A stretch of 64,000 nucleotides of DNA from Patescibacteria group bacterium (GTDB lineage: Bacteria; Patescibacteriota; Minisyncoccia; Phycocordibacterales; UBA1550), in assembly GCA_038062675.1 (NCBI GenBank), contig JBBTWP010000001.1, forward strand, positions 122,059 through 186,058, given 5' to 3'. Below, one piece after another: positions 37,883-48,265 of the stretch. Position numbers and translations under genes: made by a program. Below the pieces are notes generated by a model. That model made no database searches. It saw only the letters and a list, made by a program, of their open reading frames with translations, and had not been told where the DNA came from. Each line of letters opens with the position of its first letter. Position 1 is the stretch's first letter.

Positions 37883-39067
37883 TTATTGCTTATTCTTTTC
37901 AGCTACATCATTATATAATTTGACTATTATCTGTGCATGTTGTTCAATGTCAAAATCAAGCGCCCTGCTACGAGCATTCAGAGACATTTCTTGGAGCATT
38001 CCTGGAGTGGATAAAATCCTTATGACCTTATCCGCAATCGCAGAAGAATTTTCTGGAGGAACTAAATAGCCGGTTTCACCATCAACTAACCACTCACTCA
38101 TCCCACCAGCATCGCTTGCTATTACGGGACGACCAAGGCTCATCGCCTCAATCCCGACCTTGCCAAAAGGCTCAGGCCAAACTGAAGGGACAATTAAGAT
38201 TTTTAAACGTCGATAAAGATCATGGAGCTGTCCTCGATTTAAGTGTCCAAGAAAATTGACATGACTTTCAATACCTAGCTCCTTTGTGAGTAATTTCAAT
38301 TGATTTTCATAAGGGCCAGTGCCAGCAATATCTAATCTTATATCAGAATATCTTTTAATTATGTTCGGCATGGACTCAATCAAATACTGTACTCCTTTGA
38401 ATTTTTCTATTCGACCAACGTATGCAATAAGATTACTTTGTAAGTCAATTGGTTCGTACTCGAATAATTTTGTTGCGTTGGGCACACAAACACTTTCAAT
38501 GTGGTCGACCTTCATCAAATTTTTCATGTACTGGCTAAAAACAATAAAAAGATCTACATTTCTAAAACCAAAGCGATAAATAGCACCATTAATATAGCGA
38601 TGATATACATAATGTAGCCACCCTGAGAAGTTCAGTCCACTAAGTTTATATTGATCATCCTTGAAACAAGTTTTAGGAAAACTCCACAACAATAAACTTG
38701 GAGTGAAATCCTCTGCTCCATGAATCGTCATAACTGTGGGGTATTTTTTTAACAAAAAAAGAACTGATGGCGAAACTTGACTCATTGTATGTAGTTGCAC
38801 AATGTCAGGTTGGTATTCTTTGAGAACTTTTCGAAGTGCGAAATATGAATTCGGATAGAATGATCGATAGAATAATTTAAGAACATGGGGCTGGTAATCA
38901 AGTGCCTTAAATTCAAAATCGCTGAAGTGGGGTAAATCGGAGCGAAGATTGCTCGTTAAGATTTTCACGGTGTGTCCCATGCGTCTCAATACTTTATCAA
39001 CAAGGATAATCCCATTGTCTGAGCCACCCCCTTCAAAACCAATACTTGTAATTCTTAAAATTTTCAT
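37883..39067 (-). CDS. glycosyltransferase family 4
   Basis: GRIEKFKG, WPEPFGKVGIEAM. Confidence 0.93.
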   Translation of the reverse strand: MKILRITSIGFEGGGSDNGIILVDKVLRRMGHTVKILTSNLRSDLPHFSDFEFKALDYQPHVLKLFYRSFYPNSYFALRKVLKEYQPDIVQLHTMSQVSPSVLFLLKKYPTVMTIHGAEDFTPSLLLWSFPKTCFKDDQYKLSGLNFSGWLHYVYHRYINGAIYRFGFRNVDLFIVFSQYMKNLMKVDHIESVCVPNATKLFEYEPIDLQSNLIAYVGRIEKFKGVQYLIESMPNIIKRYSDIRLDIAGTGPYENQLKLLTKELGIESHVNFLGHLNRGQLHDLYRRLKILIVPSVWPEPFGKVGIEAMSLGRPVIASDAGGMSEWLVDGETGYLVPPENSSAIADKVIRILSTPGMLQEMSLNARSRALDFDIEQHAQIIVKLYNDVAEKNKQ

Positions 39068-39070
39068 AAT

Positions 39071-41491
39071 TTATTTGTATATTTTTGCTCCCCCGTTATT
39101 GTAAATAAGATTTTTATTATCGTCCAGAAATTGCATAGGATACATATAAGTTATTTGGTCTCCACCGTAGACTACTGTAGCCCTTTGTTTTCTGGTTGTT
39201 GCCTCACCCAAAAATACATATGCATCTTTTCGTACTACCGCGGGAAAAATTTCATTTGTTACATCTAAAGGGGTTAAAGATGTAATCTTTCTCTGAGAAT
39301 ACCTATCCGTTTGAATTTTAATCTTAACCCCATGAGTATCACTGTGAGGGATAGCGTCAAGCCATGTAACCCCCAACACCTCAGGAGCTTTAATGAGATA
39401 GTTGTCATAATATCTTCCCGTATTGTTCAAATGAAGCATTCCTGAAGTTTTACCGAAGATTTGGGGCAAAAATGACGTAGAATACATAAAAAACAATAAT
39501 GTTAAAATTACGGGGAATACGATATTTTCGTCGTTTTTTTGTGTTAGTATTGAGGTTACCTGTTTTTTAGATTTAAAACGAGATAATAATTTTTTAATCC
39601 AACTACCGATCCACAAGCTCGCAATCAGTATGGGAAGCGCTAATACAAACATAGATTGCTGCATGGCTCTATATATTCCGTATTCGGTAGAAAGAACAGG
39701 GATTACTAGGATCAAGAATATAAAGGTGAGAGCAGACACCGCTATTATATAAAATTCGCTATCAAGATATCTTACGGCAGACCTTCGCAACAAGAAATAC
39801 AAGAGCCCTAACGGTACCAAGACTTCCATGAGCTTTACAAGTATTCGTCCAAAAGCAGAGATTTTTGAAGTAATATTAAATCCTGATTTTTCTACAAAGT
39901 TGCCAAAATTGGTTAAAGGTATTCGCTCATCAGGTAAGGCAAGAAAGTTATATTTCGCATATGTCGATGCATCAAAATACACCCCCGGTGTCGCGGTATT
40001 TCTAATTGGGTTAAGAACTTTTTCAATGTAATCTTGCAGTTGTTCTTGCTGGCTTGGTTTTTTTAAACTGAATAAGTTTAAGGCATCAGTAGATCGATTG
40101 TTTTCATTAAACCCGTTTCCAATCGCAGATAGTGTCTTTTTTAAAACGGTGGTTATGCTTCCCCCTGTGTTGGTAACAACTGACGTCCACAGGAAACTCA
40201 CTAGCATCAGAATGACAATCATGGAAACCGTGATATTCGCTTTTTTCTCAGTCCCGCTGGTTGTAAGTGGAATATGCAGTGATGAATCCTTGAGTATGTT
40301 TGTTTTCTGATTAAAAAATTTAAACAACCAAATAAATATCGGTCTCAATACTATTGTCAATGCAAAAATTAAAAGTATAGTATACGTTGTTGAATAGTGG
40401 GAAAGTATCACTCCAATTCCCATTACAACAAACAATATTCTACGAACTTTAATATCCAGCTTTAATTCAAAGATGAGGTAAATCATCAACCCATAAAAAA
40501 GAAAGGCGATCTCCTGTCGAACAAGAAATGCCATATCCGCAAAAAAAGTTGGAAAGGACAAAAAATAAAATCCGGCAAGAAATGATATACGACGATCTGC
40601 CCAATGTCGGCTAATTAAATACGTAATTCCTGCGCAAAGTGCAAAGAATAACTGAAACAAAAATTTATAGATATACGGATCCGATACCTTTAGCAAATTG
40701 AAAAAAATGGTGGGAAGTATGGTAATGCTTAAGCATGCATTGTATGCATCACGATAAAAGTCCATATTCCAGAGACCAGCATTTTTTGTAAGTTCAAAAA
40801 CTTTATATTCTTGTTGTATGTCGTGCCCGGTAATATACCATCCGCGCAAACTTGTCATCAAGAGGAGTGATAAACTAATGAAAAAAAGTGCCGTTGGTAC
40901 CGTGTTTTCACCAATTTTTTTAGCATAAATATACAAGACTAGCGCAAAGACAGCTATTTCGCCCAACATCGCCAGTGTCCACAACCCAGTACCTCCATTA
41001 TTGAGACTTAGCGCCCCAATGATGCTTTGCACAACAAACAACATAGAGATTAGAGACAACCATGTATCCAACTTGGATGGAAAAAGCAAATAAAATATTT
41101 TACCGATGCTTACTTCCCAGTCAGGCAATTTTTTCCAAGCGACAAAAGATAGCGCAAATACTAAAATACTCATCTCCACAATAAGTACATTTTGAGCAAG
41201 TGGTTGAATAATGCCAAGCTTGGGAAGGAAGAAGTTTCCAATTAACACCATAACCATCAACTCTAAAAGACTAAAAGCCACACTTATCGATACATTCGCC
41301 CAAAAAGGAAGTTGTTTCAGCCTCAAAATGAGCAATGTGAGTACCCCAGGAACAAATGTTAAAAAAAGAAAGCCGACAATATTAAGTACCTGAAAATTGT
41401 TGAAATGCGCAAGAGAGAGCGCAATAAAAACCAGCCACCATAGAGCGACCCCTCCGATTAGAAAATTACGCTTTATTGTTAGTTCTTTCAT
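39071..41491 (-). CDS. DUF2206 family multi-TM membrane protein (GT-C-like)
   Basis: LRGWYITGHDIQQE, YNACLSITILP, RQEIA, SHYST, NLIYNNG. Confidence 0.8.
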   Translation of the reverse strand: MKELTIKRNFLIGGVALWWLVFIALSLAHFNNFQVLNIVGFLFLTFVPGVLTLLILRLKQLPFWANVSISVAFSLLELMVMVLIGNFFLPKLGIIQPLAQNVLIVEMSILVFALSFVAWKKLPDWEVSIGKIFYLLFPSKLDTWLSLISMLFVVQSIIGALSLNNGGTGLWTLAMLGEIAVFALVLYIYAKKIGENTVPTALFFISLSLLLMTSLRGWYITGHDIQQEYKVFELTKNAGLWNMDFYRDAYNACLSITILPTIFFNLLKVSDPYIYKFLFQLFFALCAGITYLISRHWADRRISFLAGFYFLSFPTFFADMAFLVRQEIAFLFYGLMIYLIFELKLDIKVRRILFVVMGIGVILSHYSTTYTILLIFALTIVLRPIFIWLFKFFNQKTNILKDSSLHIPLTTSGTEKKANITVSMIVILMLVSFLWTSVVTNTGGSITTVLKKTLSAIGNGFNENNRSTDALNLFSLKKPSQQEQLQDYIEKVLNPIRNTATPGVYFDASTYAKYNFLALPDERIPLTNFGNFVEKSGFNITSKISAFGRILVKLMEVLVPLGLLYFLLRRSAVRYLDSEFYIIAVSALTFIFLILVIPVLSTEYGIYRAMQQSMFVLALPILIASLWIGSWIKKLLSRFKSKKQVTSILTQKNDENIVFPVILTLLFFMYSTSFLPQIFGKTSGMLHLNNTGRYYDNYLIKAPEVLGVTWLDAIPHSDTHGVKIKIQTDRYSQRKITSLTPLDVTNEIFPAVVRKDAYVFLGEATTRKQRATVVYGGDQITYMYPMQFLDDNKNLIYNNGGAKIYK

Positions 41492-42606
41492 AAAGATATG
41501 CTCCCATAAACTTCTTCAAGCTGGTCGATGAATCGCGACCACTTATATTGCTTGGCTTTTTCAGAACTTTTCTTCGATAGCGCAATCAATTTTTCTGGCG
41601 CACGCCAGAGTTGCTCAATCGTTCGAGCAAAATTTTCTGCGTATGGTTCGTTTACGAGCACCCCCGTGTCATTCAAAAGCTCCCTGACACCAGAAACATT
41701 TGTTCCCAAAATTGGCAATCCTCCCGCCATGGCTTCCAGTACGACAAGTGGAGTGCCGCCCTCTTTGTCGGAAGCTATGAGAAACGCATCGTGACTGCGA
41801 TGGTACTCCTGCATTTCTTTGTCATTTTTTCTTCCCTCAAATGAAACATTGGAAAGTTTTAGTTTTTTTACCAATGCTTCCAATTTTGAACGATCTTCAC
41901 CGTCGCCAACAATCGTCAAATGAGCTGGAATAGAAAGTTTTGATACTGCTTCTATGAGTCGCTCAACTCGCTTTTGTAGTGCAAGTCGCCCAACATACAG
42001 GAGACGGATTTGTTTTGTTGATGGAGCATAAACTTTGTTGGTGAAAAAATCTTCACTAACAGCATTTGCAATAACAACAATATTTTCTTTTTTAACTCCA
42101 AATTTGCGTTCCACTACCATTGCTTGATCCTGCGAACAAGCAATGACCCGACGTGCATTTCGAAGTACTGGTCCCCATACTATTTTTTTATATAATACAA
42201 ATATGGGTCCAAAAAAACCTGATGGTTCTACGTCAAGATGAAAATGTGCGATATAGGGAATGCGTCGCAACTTTGAGGCAAGTAAAACAAGTTCTGGCCA
42301 ATATGCATGCGCGAGGTGCAAATGAATAATGGAATTACGTGGCAACATAAGCAAATGCCATAATAGTGTTGGCGCGAAAGGAGTATGAGCAAACTCAAAA
42401 CTCCATAGAGCACTGACACAAAGATTATCTTTTGTCTCAGTCCCCCTCTGTATGCCACTGATGGCAGAAGTAAGCACGTGCACAAAATTCCCTTTTTTTG
42501 CCAACTCTTCTGCAGATATTTTTGCAACACGCTCCAATCCGCCAGTATGTGGGGGGTAATAGGCGGCAATGTGGGTTATCTGTGTTATTTTTTGTGTAGT
42601 TTTCAT
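41488..42606 (-). CDS. glycosyltransferase family 4
   Basis: YPPHTGGLE, GRL..QK, PLVVLEAMAGGLP. Confidence 0.93.
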   Translation of the reverse strand: MKTTQKITQITHIAAYYPPHTGGLERVAKISAEELAKKGNFVHVLTSAISGIQRGTETKDNLCVSALWSFEFAHTPFAPTLLWHLLMLPRNSIIHLHLAHAYWPELVLLASKLRRIPYIAHFHLDVEPSGFFGPIFVLYKKIVWGPVLRNARRVIACSQDQAMVVERKFGVKKENIVVIANAVSEDFFTNKVYAPSTKQIRLLYVGRLALQKRVERLIEAVSKLSIPAHLTIVGDGEDRSKLEALVKKLKLSNVSFEGRKNDKEMQEYHRSHDAFLIASDKEGGTPLVVLEAMAGGLPILGTNVSGVRELLNDTGVLVNEPYAENFARTIEQLWRAPEKLIALSKKSSEKAKQYKWSRFIDQLEEVYGSISL

Positions 42607-44894
42607 GGTAATAGTTCATTAAAAATTTTCGATATTTTTTTTGCTATCATACCCCAACCATATCTTTCCTCAATCAATTTGCGCCCACGAGCTCCCATTC
42701 TTCTCTGATCGTCTACATTTTCTAAAATTGCAATAATTACATCGGCTAGCTCCTTCGAGTTTGCCTTCGCTACCACCATACCTGTTTTATGTTGACTAAT
42801 CTCTGGAGCAACTCCAGCAACGTCCGTAGTGACGACAGGTATCCCACTTGCCATTGCTTCAAGTAAAACAATGCCAAATCCTTCAATTTCGATAGATGGA
42901 AGAACAAAGACGTTGGACCGTTGGTAGTATTGTATCAATTCTTCTTGCGTTTTTTTTCCGTGAAATTCAATCACATCTTCTACTCCCATTTTTTTAGATT
43001 CTTCTCGGTATTCATCAACAAGAGCGCCTTCTCCAACAACAATCAATTTTACATTTGGAATTTTTTCTTTTATTTTTGGTATTGCGTGAATTAGGTAATT
43101 AAAACCTTTAAAACGATGGTGTTCATCCAAGATAGAGACAAAAAGAATTGTAGGGTGCTTACTCTTGTTGGTTGATGGTTGAAACATTTCTGTATCAACG
43201 CCATTTGGTAGTGTGGTAATTTTTGACGAAAAACGTTCAAATATATTCCTTGTCTTTTTGAAAGCTGTTTTCCAGTGAGGATTAACTATAATAATTTTAT
43301 CTACAAAATACAAAGTGACCTGAAAGAAGGTATGAAGATAAATCCAAGTGATTATTTTACCAAATAAATCAGGTTTATCCATGTCATTGTGCACCGTCAA
43401 GATTGACCGTTTTCCTTTCAATTTTGCAACAAGAACAGTAATGTCAGATGTCCAAGGAGTTGGCATGTGCGTGTGAGCAATATCAAAATTAGTACGCCAC
43501 AGCACCCAAGGAAGACCTAGGGCGATATTCGTGTTTGCCACTTTAAAACTATAATTGAGCCGTTTTATTTTTGCTCCATTTACGATGCTTTCTTTCTCAA
43601 CAATAGGTTCATTTGCGCAAATGACTGTTACTTCGTGCCCAAGTTTTATAAGTTCTTTAGACAAATAGTACACGTGATTTTCTACTCCGCCGATGTATGG
43701 ATAAAAACGTATAGGAGTTTCCAATATCTTAATTTTATGTGATGTATGCCTATCTATCATTGACAAGAAAAACTCATGACAAACTTTCGCACGAATTCCC
43801 CAACTAAAATCTTTAGTAACTTTAATCACTCCTGCATTGCCAAAACTATGTGCGAGAGCGGGATTTGCTAATAATTCAGAAAGTTTTTGAGCGAGAGCTC
43901 TCCCATCGCAGGGTTCTACCAAAAACCCTGTTTCATTATCAGAAACAAGGTCGGGAACACTACCTACTTTAGTTGAAACAACTGGCAAACCTGACGCCAT
44001 AGCTTCCAAGATTGCCATACTAAAACTATCGTTTGATGTGGGGAGCGCAAAAATATGCGCTTGTTGATATTGTTCCGCAAGTTTTCCACCAAGCAGACGA
44101 CCGGTAAACATCACTACCTTCCCCAACCCAAGCTTTTGCACTCGCTCCTCATATTCACTTTTCATATTTCCGTCACCAACAACAGTAAGGCGTAAATCGG
44201 GAATATTTTTCTGTAGCTTAGCTACCACTTCAATAAGAGTTTGCAGACCTTTGTGCTGTTCCGCCTTGGCAAGTCCCGCAACAAACAAAATACTCGGGTA
44301 CTTTGTTTTTTTCTCGGAGACTGGCTTGAAAAGGTTGGTATCAACTGCAGGAGTAATAGTTACGCTTTTGTGTGCATATTTTTGTAAAAAAATAAGACGT
44401 ACAAAATCGGATGAACAAATAATCTGATCTGCGCGTTTCAAAAGCCATCGCATCGGTCCATGTTCATAAATCCATACCAAAATATCAAATAGAGTTTCCC
44501 CTTTGTGCATACTTCCTGTGTGATACGTGACAACAATAGGGGTCTTTTTTGCGAACATTGCCACAAGGTCGCCAATACCAGGCACTGGTGTGTGTATGTT
44601 TATAATATCAGGATTTTCCGTTTTCAAAATATGACGAATCTTTTTTGTCCACTTGAAACTAAATGGTGTGTTTGAGACTTTTAGTCCGTAAGAAAGTCGG
44701 TACATGGTCAGTCCTTCCACCTCCTCTTTAGCATCTGCGCCATGTCGTTCTCCAGAAGTAACCACTACCACATTCCATTGGTATTCGCGAGAAAGCCGAT
44801 GAGAGATCTCATACGCATAGCGTTCCAGCCCGCCACCATAAGGCGGGAAATATGGAGCAACAACAAGCACTGTTTTCTTTAGTGAGTTACTCAT
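42603..44894 (-). CDS. tandem double GT4 glycosyltransferase
   Basis: Two full GT-B units: DSFSMAILEAMASG and EGFGIVLLEAMASG. Confidence 0.93.
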   Translation of the reverse strand: MSNSLKKTVLVVAPYFPPYGGGLERYAYEISHRLSREYQWNVVVVTSGERHGADAKEEVEGLTMYRLSYGLKVSNTPFSFKWTKKIRHILKTENPDIINIHTPVPGIGDLVAMFAKKTPIVVTYHTGSMHKGETLFDILVWIYEHGPMRWLLKRADQIICSSDFVRLIFLQKYAHKSVTITPAVDTNLFKPVSEKKTKYPSILFVAGLAKAEQHKGLQTLIEVVAKLQKNIPDLRLTVVGDGNMKSEYEERVQKLGLGKVVMFTGRLLGGKLAEQYQQAHIFALPTSNDSFSMAILEAMASGLPVVSTKVGSVPDLVSDNETGFLVEPCDGRALAQKLSELLANPALAHSFGNAGVIKVTKDFSWGIRAKVCHEFFLSMIDRHTSHKIKILETPIRFYPYIGGVENHVYYLSKELIKLGHEVTVICANEPIVEKESIVNGAKIKRLNYSFKVANTNIALGLPWVLWRTNFDIAHTHMPTPWTSDITVLVAKLKGKRSILTVHNDMDKPDLFGKIITWIYLHTFFQVTLYFVDKIIIVNPHWKTAFKKTRNIFERFSSKITTLPNGVDTEMFQPSTNKSKHPTILFVSILDEHHRFKGFNYLIHAIPKIKEKIPNVKLIVVGEGALVDEYREESKKMGVEDVIEFHGKKTQEELIQYYQRSNVFVLPSIEIEGFGIVLLEAMASGIPVVTTDVAGVAPEISQHKTGMVVAKANSKELADVIIAILENVDDQRRMGARGRKLIEERYGWGMIAKKISKIFNELLP

Positions 44895-45595
44895 ACAAGT
44901 TTTCCATTAGTGAGATATTCTACACCGGCTTTATTGGCAATATGTTGAAACACACGTTCTAAGCGATTCCAATCTTTTAGTTTTTCAATTTCCCAACTAT
45001 GTCCCCAAATATGAAAAACTCCTCCGTTTTCAGAGACACGCTCAAACATAGCAATGGCAAGATTATCCCAATGGCGATAGTATTGGAAAAATTTAAATGG
45101 ATTGAATCGCACAAAGAGTGCAATCTGCCATGCATCCAGCCAGTGGTCGTAAGTGTGTATGCTGGTCGGCATTTCGTAGAGGTCTTTTATAAAACCAAAA
45201 GAGAATCTGCGCACAGTGCGCGCGAGGACAAACCCTGCTTCCCGTACCACTTGCTTCTGCTTCAAAAGGTATTTTCCGCTCGGGTAACAGAAACTTTTCA
45301 CAGAACCACCCGTCCACTTTTCAAGAAGCTTTTTTGAATCAGAAATTTCGCGCTCAATTTGTTCATCAGTTAACAAGCGCATATCGGGATGCGTCATGGT
45401 GTGTGCGCCTATCTCAAAATCTTTTGACAAGGCCAGGACTTGCACTTGAGAAAGTCTATCTTGAGGGAGAATTTCGTGGCATTCAGGAGCAATATAAAAA
45501 GTGCCCTTGAGATTGTACTTTTTAAGAAGTTGCGCAAGTTTTAGGTCGAGCACGTGTCCATCATCCCAACTGGTTGTTACGATTACTTTTTTCAT
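44891..45595 (-). CDS. polysaccharide deacetylase (CE4/NodB)
   Basis: TSWDDG, EIGAHTMTHP, FCYPSG, WGHSWE. Confidence 0.92.
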   Translation of the reverse strand: MKKVIVTTSWDDGHVLDLKLAQLLKKYNLKGTFYIAPECHEILPQDRLSQVQVLALSKDFEIGAHTMTHPDMRLLTDEQIEREISDSKKLLEKWTGGSVKSFCYPSGKYLLKQKQVVREAGFVLARTVRRFSFGFIKDLYEMPTSIHTYDHWLDAWQIALFVRFNPFKFFQYYRHWDNLAIAMFERVSENGGVFHIWGHSWEIEKLKDWNRLERVFQHIANKAGVEYLTNGKLV

Positions 45596-45599
45596 AATA

Positions 45600-46730
45600 T
45601 TATTCTAACGCACGTTTATAATTCTGCGCCACGCTTGCCCAATCATACTCCCCAATCCCCTGTTTTGGGTTTAAGGTGTCTATGGTTTTGAATATTTGCA
45701 GGATTTTTTCAGCGACACTTTCTGAGTTTAGTTCTGCAAGCAAACCATTTACTCCCTCGTGTATTAGGTCTTTTGCAGCGTTTCGTTCATGATTGATAGT
45801 CAAGACGGGAAGCCCGCACGCGTTTGCCTCAATCACGATAATACCAAATCCTTCCCGAGTTGAAGGCAATACTAAAATTTTTGAGGATTTCATAAGTCCA
45901 TAGAGTTCGCTTGGATCTTGCAAAAAGCCAAAAAATGAAACATTATTTTCAAGCTCTAGTTCATGGGTAAGTTTCTGAAGTTTTTCTTTTTCTGGTCCCT
46001 CCCCTACCACAAAAAGCGACAAGTTTATATTTTTTTGCACCAGAATCCCTACTGCACGAATCAAAACATCTACATTTTTATTTTGTAACAATCTTCCTGC
46101 AAATATTATATCAGATGCACGAGATGAGGGCGCGCTGTTTTGTATTGCATCAATATCCACCCCATTTGGTACAGTAACAACATTTTTACTTCTTCCAAGA
46201 GTCTCGCGAAGTCCAATCGTGGTGTGGTTTGAAACTGAAATGATAACATCAGGGAGCGTTACTGTTATTTTTTCAACCCAATAACCAACTAGTCCTAATT
46301 TTCCCAAATATTCTCTCCAATACTCTTTTCCCCATACTTCATGCCATGTAGTATACAGGGGTTTTCGTTTTACCCAAGTTACCAAACGGCATGAAAAAAG
46401 TGAGAAATAAGGAAAACCACAACAATCAATGATGTCGAACTTTTCAGACCATAATTTAAGGCAGTTAACACCAAACCATACCGCTTGAAGCATAGAACGG
46501 CGCCCTGAGTCTGTATAAAGTGGCATCGCCTTGCATATGCCATGCAACGTCATCCCCTCAAATTTCATGATTGTGGGACCGTCCCAACACTTCATCCCAT
46601 ACAGGTGTACATCATGTCCTTCTTTTGCAAGCCGTCGACCAATTTCATAAAATCGCTTTTCTGCGCCCCCCTTAATAAAGGGAAAGACCGCATCATAAAC
46701 TAAAGCAATTTTTTTAGATTGGACTGACAT
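45600..46730 (-). CDS. glycosyltransferase family 4
   Basis: KGGAEKR, REGFGIIVIEANACG. Confidence 0.93.
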   Translation of the reverse strand: MSVQSKKIALVYDAVFPFIKGGAEKRFYEIGRRLAKEGHDVHLYGMKCWDGPTIMKFEGMTLHGICKAMPLYTDSGRRSMLQAVWFGVNCLKLWSEKFDIIDCCGFPYFSLFSCRLVTWVKRKPLYTTWHEVWGKEYWREYLGKLGLVGYWVEKITVTLPDVIISVSNHTTIGLRETLGRSKNVVTVPNGVDIDAIQNSAPSSRASDIIFAGRLLQNKNVDVLIRAVGILVQKNINLSLFVVGEGPEKEKLQKLTHELELENNVSFFGFLQDPSELYGLMKSSKILVLPSTREGFGIIVIEANACGLPVLTINHERNAAKDLIHEGVNGLLAELNSESVAEKILQIFKTIDTLNPKQGIGEYDWASVAQNYKRALE

Positions 46731-46755
46731 GATTCATGAGGGCAAACCGACAGAG

Positions 46756-47457
46756 CTACTGAGTGAGTGTTCCCCTTCGCAAGACAACTCGCTTCATAAA
46801 AAGCTGTGACATATTGCGCACACCATCCCTTACTGTGTTGAGCTTCACTTCGCCAACACGTGGGCGGTATTCGATTGGTGTTTCAGCACATTTGAATCCC
46901 TTTGCATAAGCCTCCACCTTCAATTCCTGAGAAAATGGCATTCCTCCCGATACTACGTCAAGATGCTCCCAGATTGAACGCTTGAAAATCCACATGCCTG
47001 ATTGTGAATCTTTAAACGGCCACCGAAAAAGTGTACGGGTTGTCATACTCAACAACCAATTACCAAAAACATGACTGAAGGTCATTGCTTCAGGATTAAG
47101 ATTGCTCAAGCGGTCAGTGTTAAGAAAATCTAAATTTTTCTCACGGAGCGTCGTGAGAAGTTCTGGTAATGAATCAAATGGGTACGTCATGTCAGCATCC
47201 CCCGTTGCAATAATGTCACCAGTAGCAGCGGCAAAGCCAGCTTTGTAAGCATTTCCATATCCACGCAAAGGTGCGGGAACCACTCTCGCTCCGTGGGCAG
47301 TAGCGATTTCCGCTGTTTTGTCGGTCGAACCATTATCGGCAACAATGATCTCGACCTCGTAGCCCATACTGTTCAATTTTGCAACAGGGACTTGTTTGAT
47401 AACGTCTGCTACCCCCCCTTCCTCGTTTAATGCTGGTATAACAACTGATAATTTCAT
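46756..47457 (-). CDS. GT2 polyprenyl-phosphate sugar synthase (DPM1-like)
   Basis: VIPALNEE, DNGSTD, DAD, DSQSG, RVGEVK. Confidence 0.92.
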   Translation of the reverse strand: MKLSVVIPALNEEGGVADVIKQVPVAKLNSMGYEVEIIVADNGSTDKTAEIATAHGARVVPAPLRGYGNAYKAGFAAATGDIIATGDADMTYPFDSLPELLTTLREKNLDFLNTDRLSNLNPEAMTFSHVFGNWLLSMTTRTLFRWPFKDSQSGMWIFKRSIWEHLDVVSGGMPFSQELKVEAYAKGFKCAETPIEYRPRVGEVKLNTVRDGVRNMSQLFMKRVVLRRGTLTQ

Positions 47458-47466
47458 ATATTTTAT

Positions 47467-47946
47467 TTATTTTTTAATAATCGGCTTCTCGCCTCGTAGT
47501 GCAAAGTGCAATTCTTGCTTTTTGTCGGTGAGCTCTACGTAAAGTGTTTCTTTTTCGGAGGCTGATTTGAATGTATACGACTCGGTGATGGTTTTGTATT
47601 CGTTGTTTTTCACAAATGCGGTACTCTGCGAGACAGTTGTGGTGCCGTAGTCATTTTTAAAATACACAACATACGGATATTCCCTGTCTTTACCTTCCAG
47701 ATTGTGAATGGTGAAAGAAAATGAAATCGTCTCCCCTTTTACAATTTGTTTAGGAAGATCGGTGTGATTTTCGAAGTATAATTCTGTAAATAGCTCGGGT
47801 CTGGGTATGAGCTTGAGTGCGTCCATTTGTCGATAGAGGGCGTCTCGATACACATACGTGGCGTATAGTGTAGCCACAATCAAACAAACGACGAAAATTG
47901 AGATATATTTCTTCATTTCACGCAAAAAACCCGCAACGGGTCTCAT
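47467..47946 (-). CDS. DUF1616-like membrane-anchored protein
   Basis: E.FTELYF, IHNLEG...Y; N-terminal TM; start may be the internal MKKY. Confidence 0.7.
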   Translation of the reverse strand: MRPVAGFLREMKKYISIFVVCLIVATLYATYVYRDALYRQMDALKLIPRPELFTELYFENHTDLPKQIVKGETISFSFTIHNLEGKDREYPYVVYFKNDYGTTTVSQSTAFVKNNEYKTITESYTFKSASEKETLYVELTDKKQELHFALRGEKPIIKK

Positions 47947-48095
47947 CTATCTATATATCATATTTTTGCCCAAAAAGCAAGGGCTGGCATGGGGAAAACT
48001 TTGAGAATAGGCACGAAATGCTGGATTTTGTTGGAAAGTCGGTGGTGCAGGGGTGTCATGGTGCCGGAATACAACTTATTGACTTCGCAAAGGGT

Positions 48096-48124
48096 TTGCA
48101 CTGTATGCCCGATTATGATAAAAT
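48096..48124 (+). promoter_or_regulatory. sigma70 promoter for candidate small RNA
   Basis: TTGCAC-17-TAAAAT with extended TG. Confidence 0.75.
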
Positions 48125-48130
48125 GCAAAT

Positions 48131-48227
48131 AGGAGTATGCAATAATAACTTACGTGGTGCTCTGGTGTTCCCACAGAGGATCTGTGACTTAAGCTAGAGA
48201 CTGACACTGCGTGAGACCGCTACTTCT
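48131..48227 (+). ncRNA. candidate DUF3800-associated structured RNA
   Basis: Four nested stems between a promoter and a terminator; no credible ORF. Confidence 0.65.
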
Positions 48228-48263
48228 AACAAAAACCCGCATTTTAGGATGCGGTTTTTTGTT
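48228..48263. terminator. bidirectional terminator between ncRNA and DUF3800 gene
   Basis: AACAAAAAC-CCGCAT tttagg ATGCGG-TTTTTTGTT. Confidence 0.8.
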
Positions 48264-48265
48264 GC

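Noticed and set aside
47898-48197. 99-aa ORF over the candidate ncRNA
   Set aside because: No RBS or leaderless -10, overlaps the DUF1616 start and a promoter; structural evidence favours a non-coding RNA.
48131-48227. SRP (4.5S), 6S or tRNA identity for the hairpin RNA
   Set aside because: No GGAA-tetraloop SRP domain IV motif, too short for typical 6S, no cloverleaf or TTC loop.
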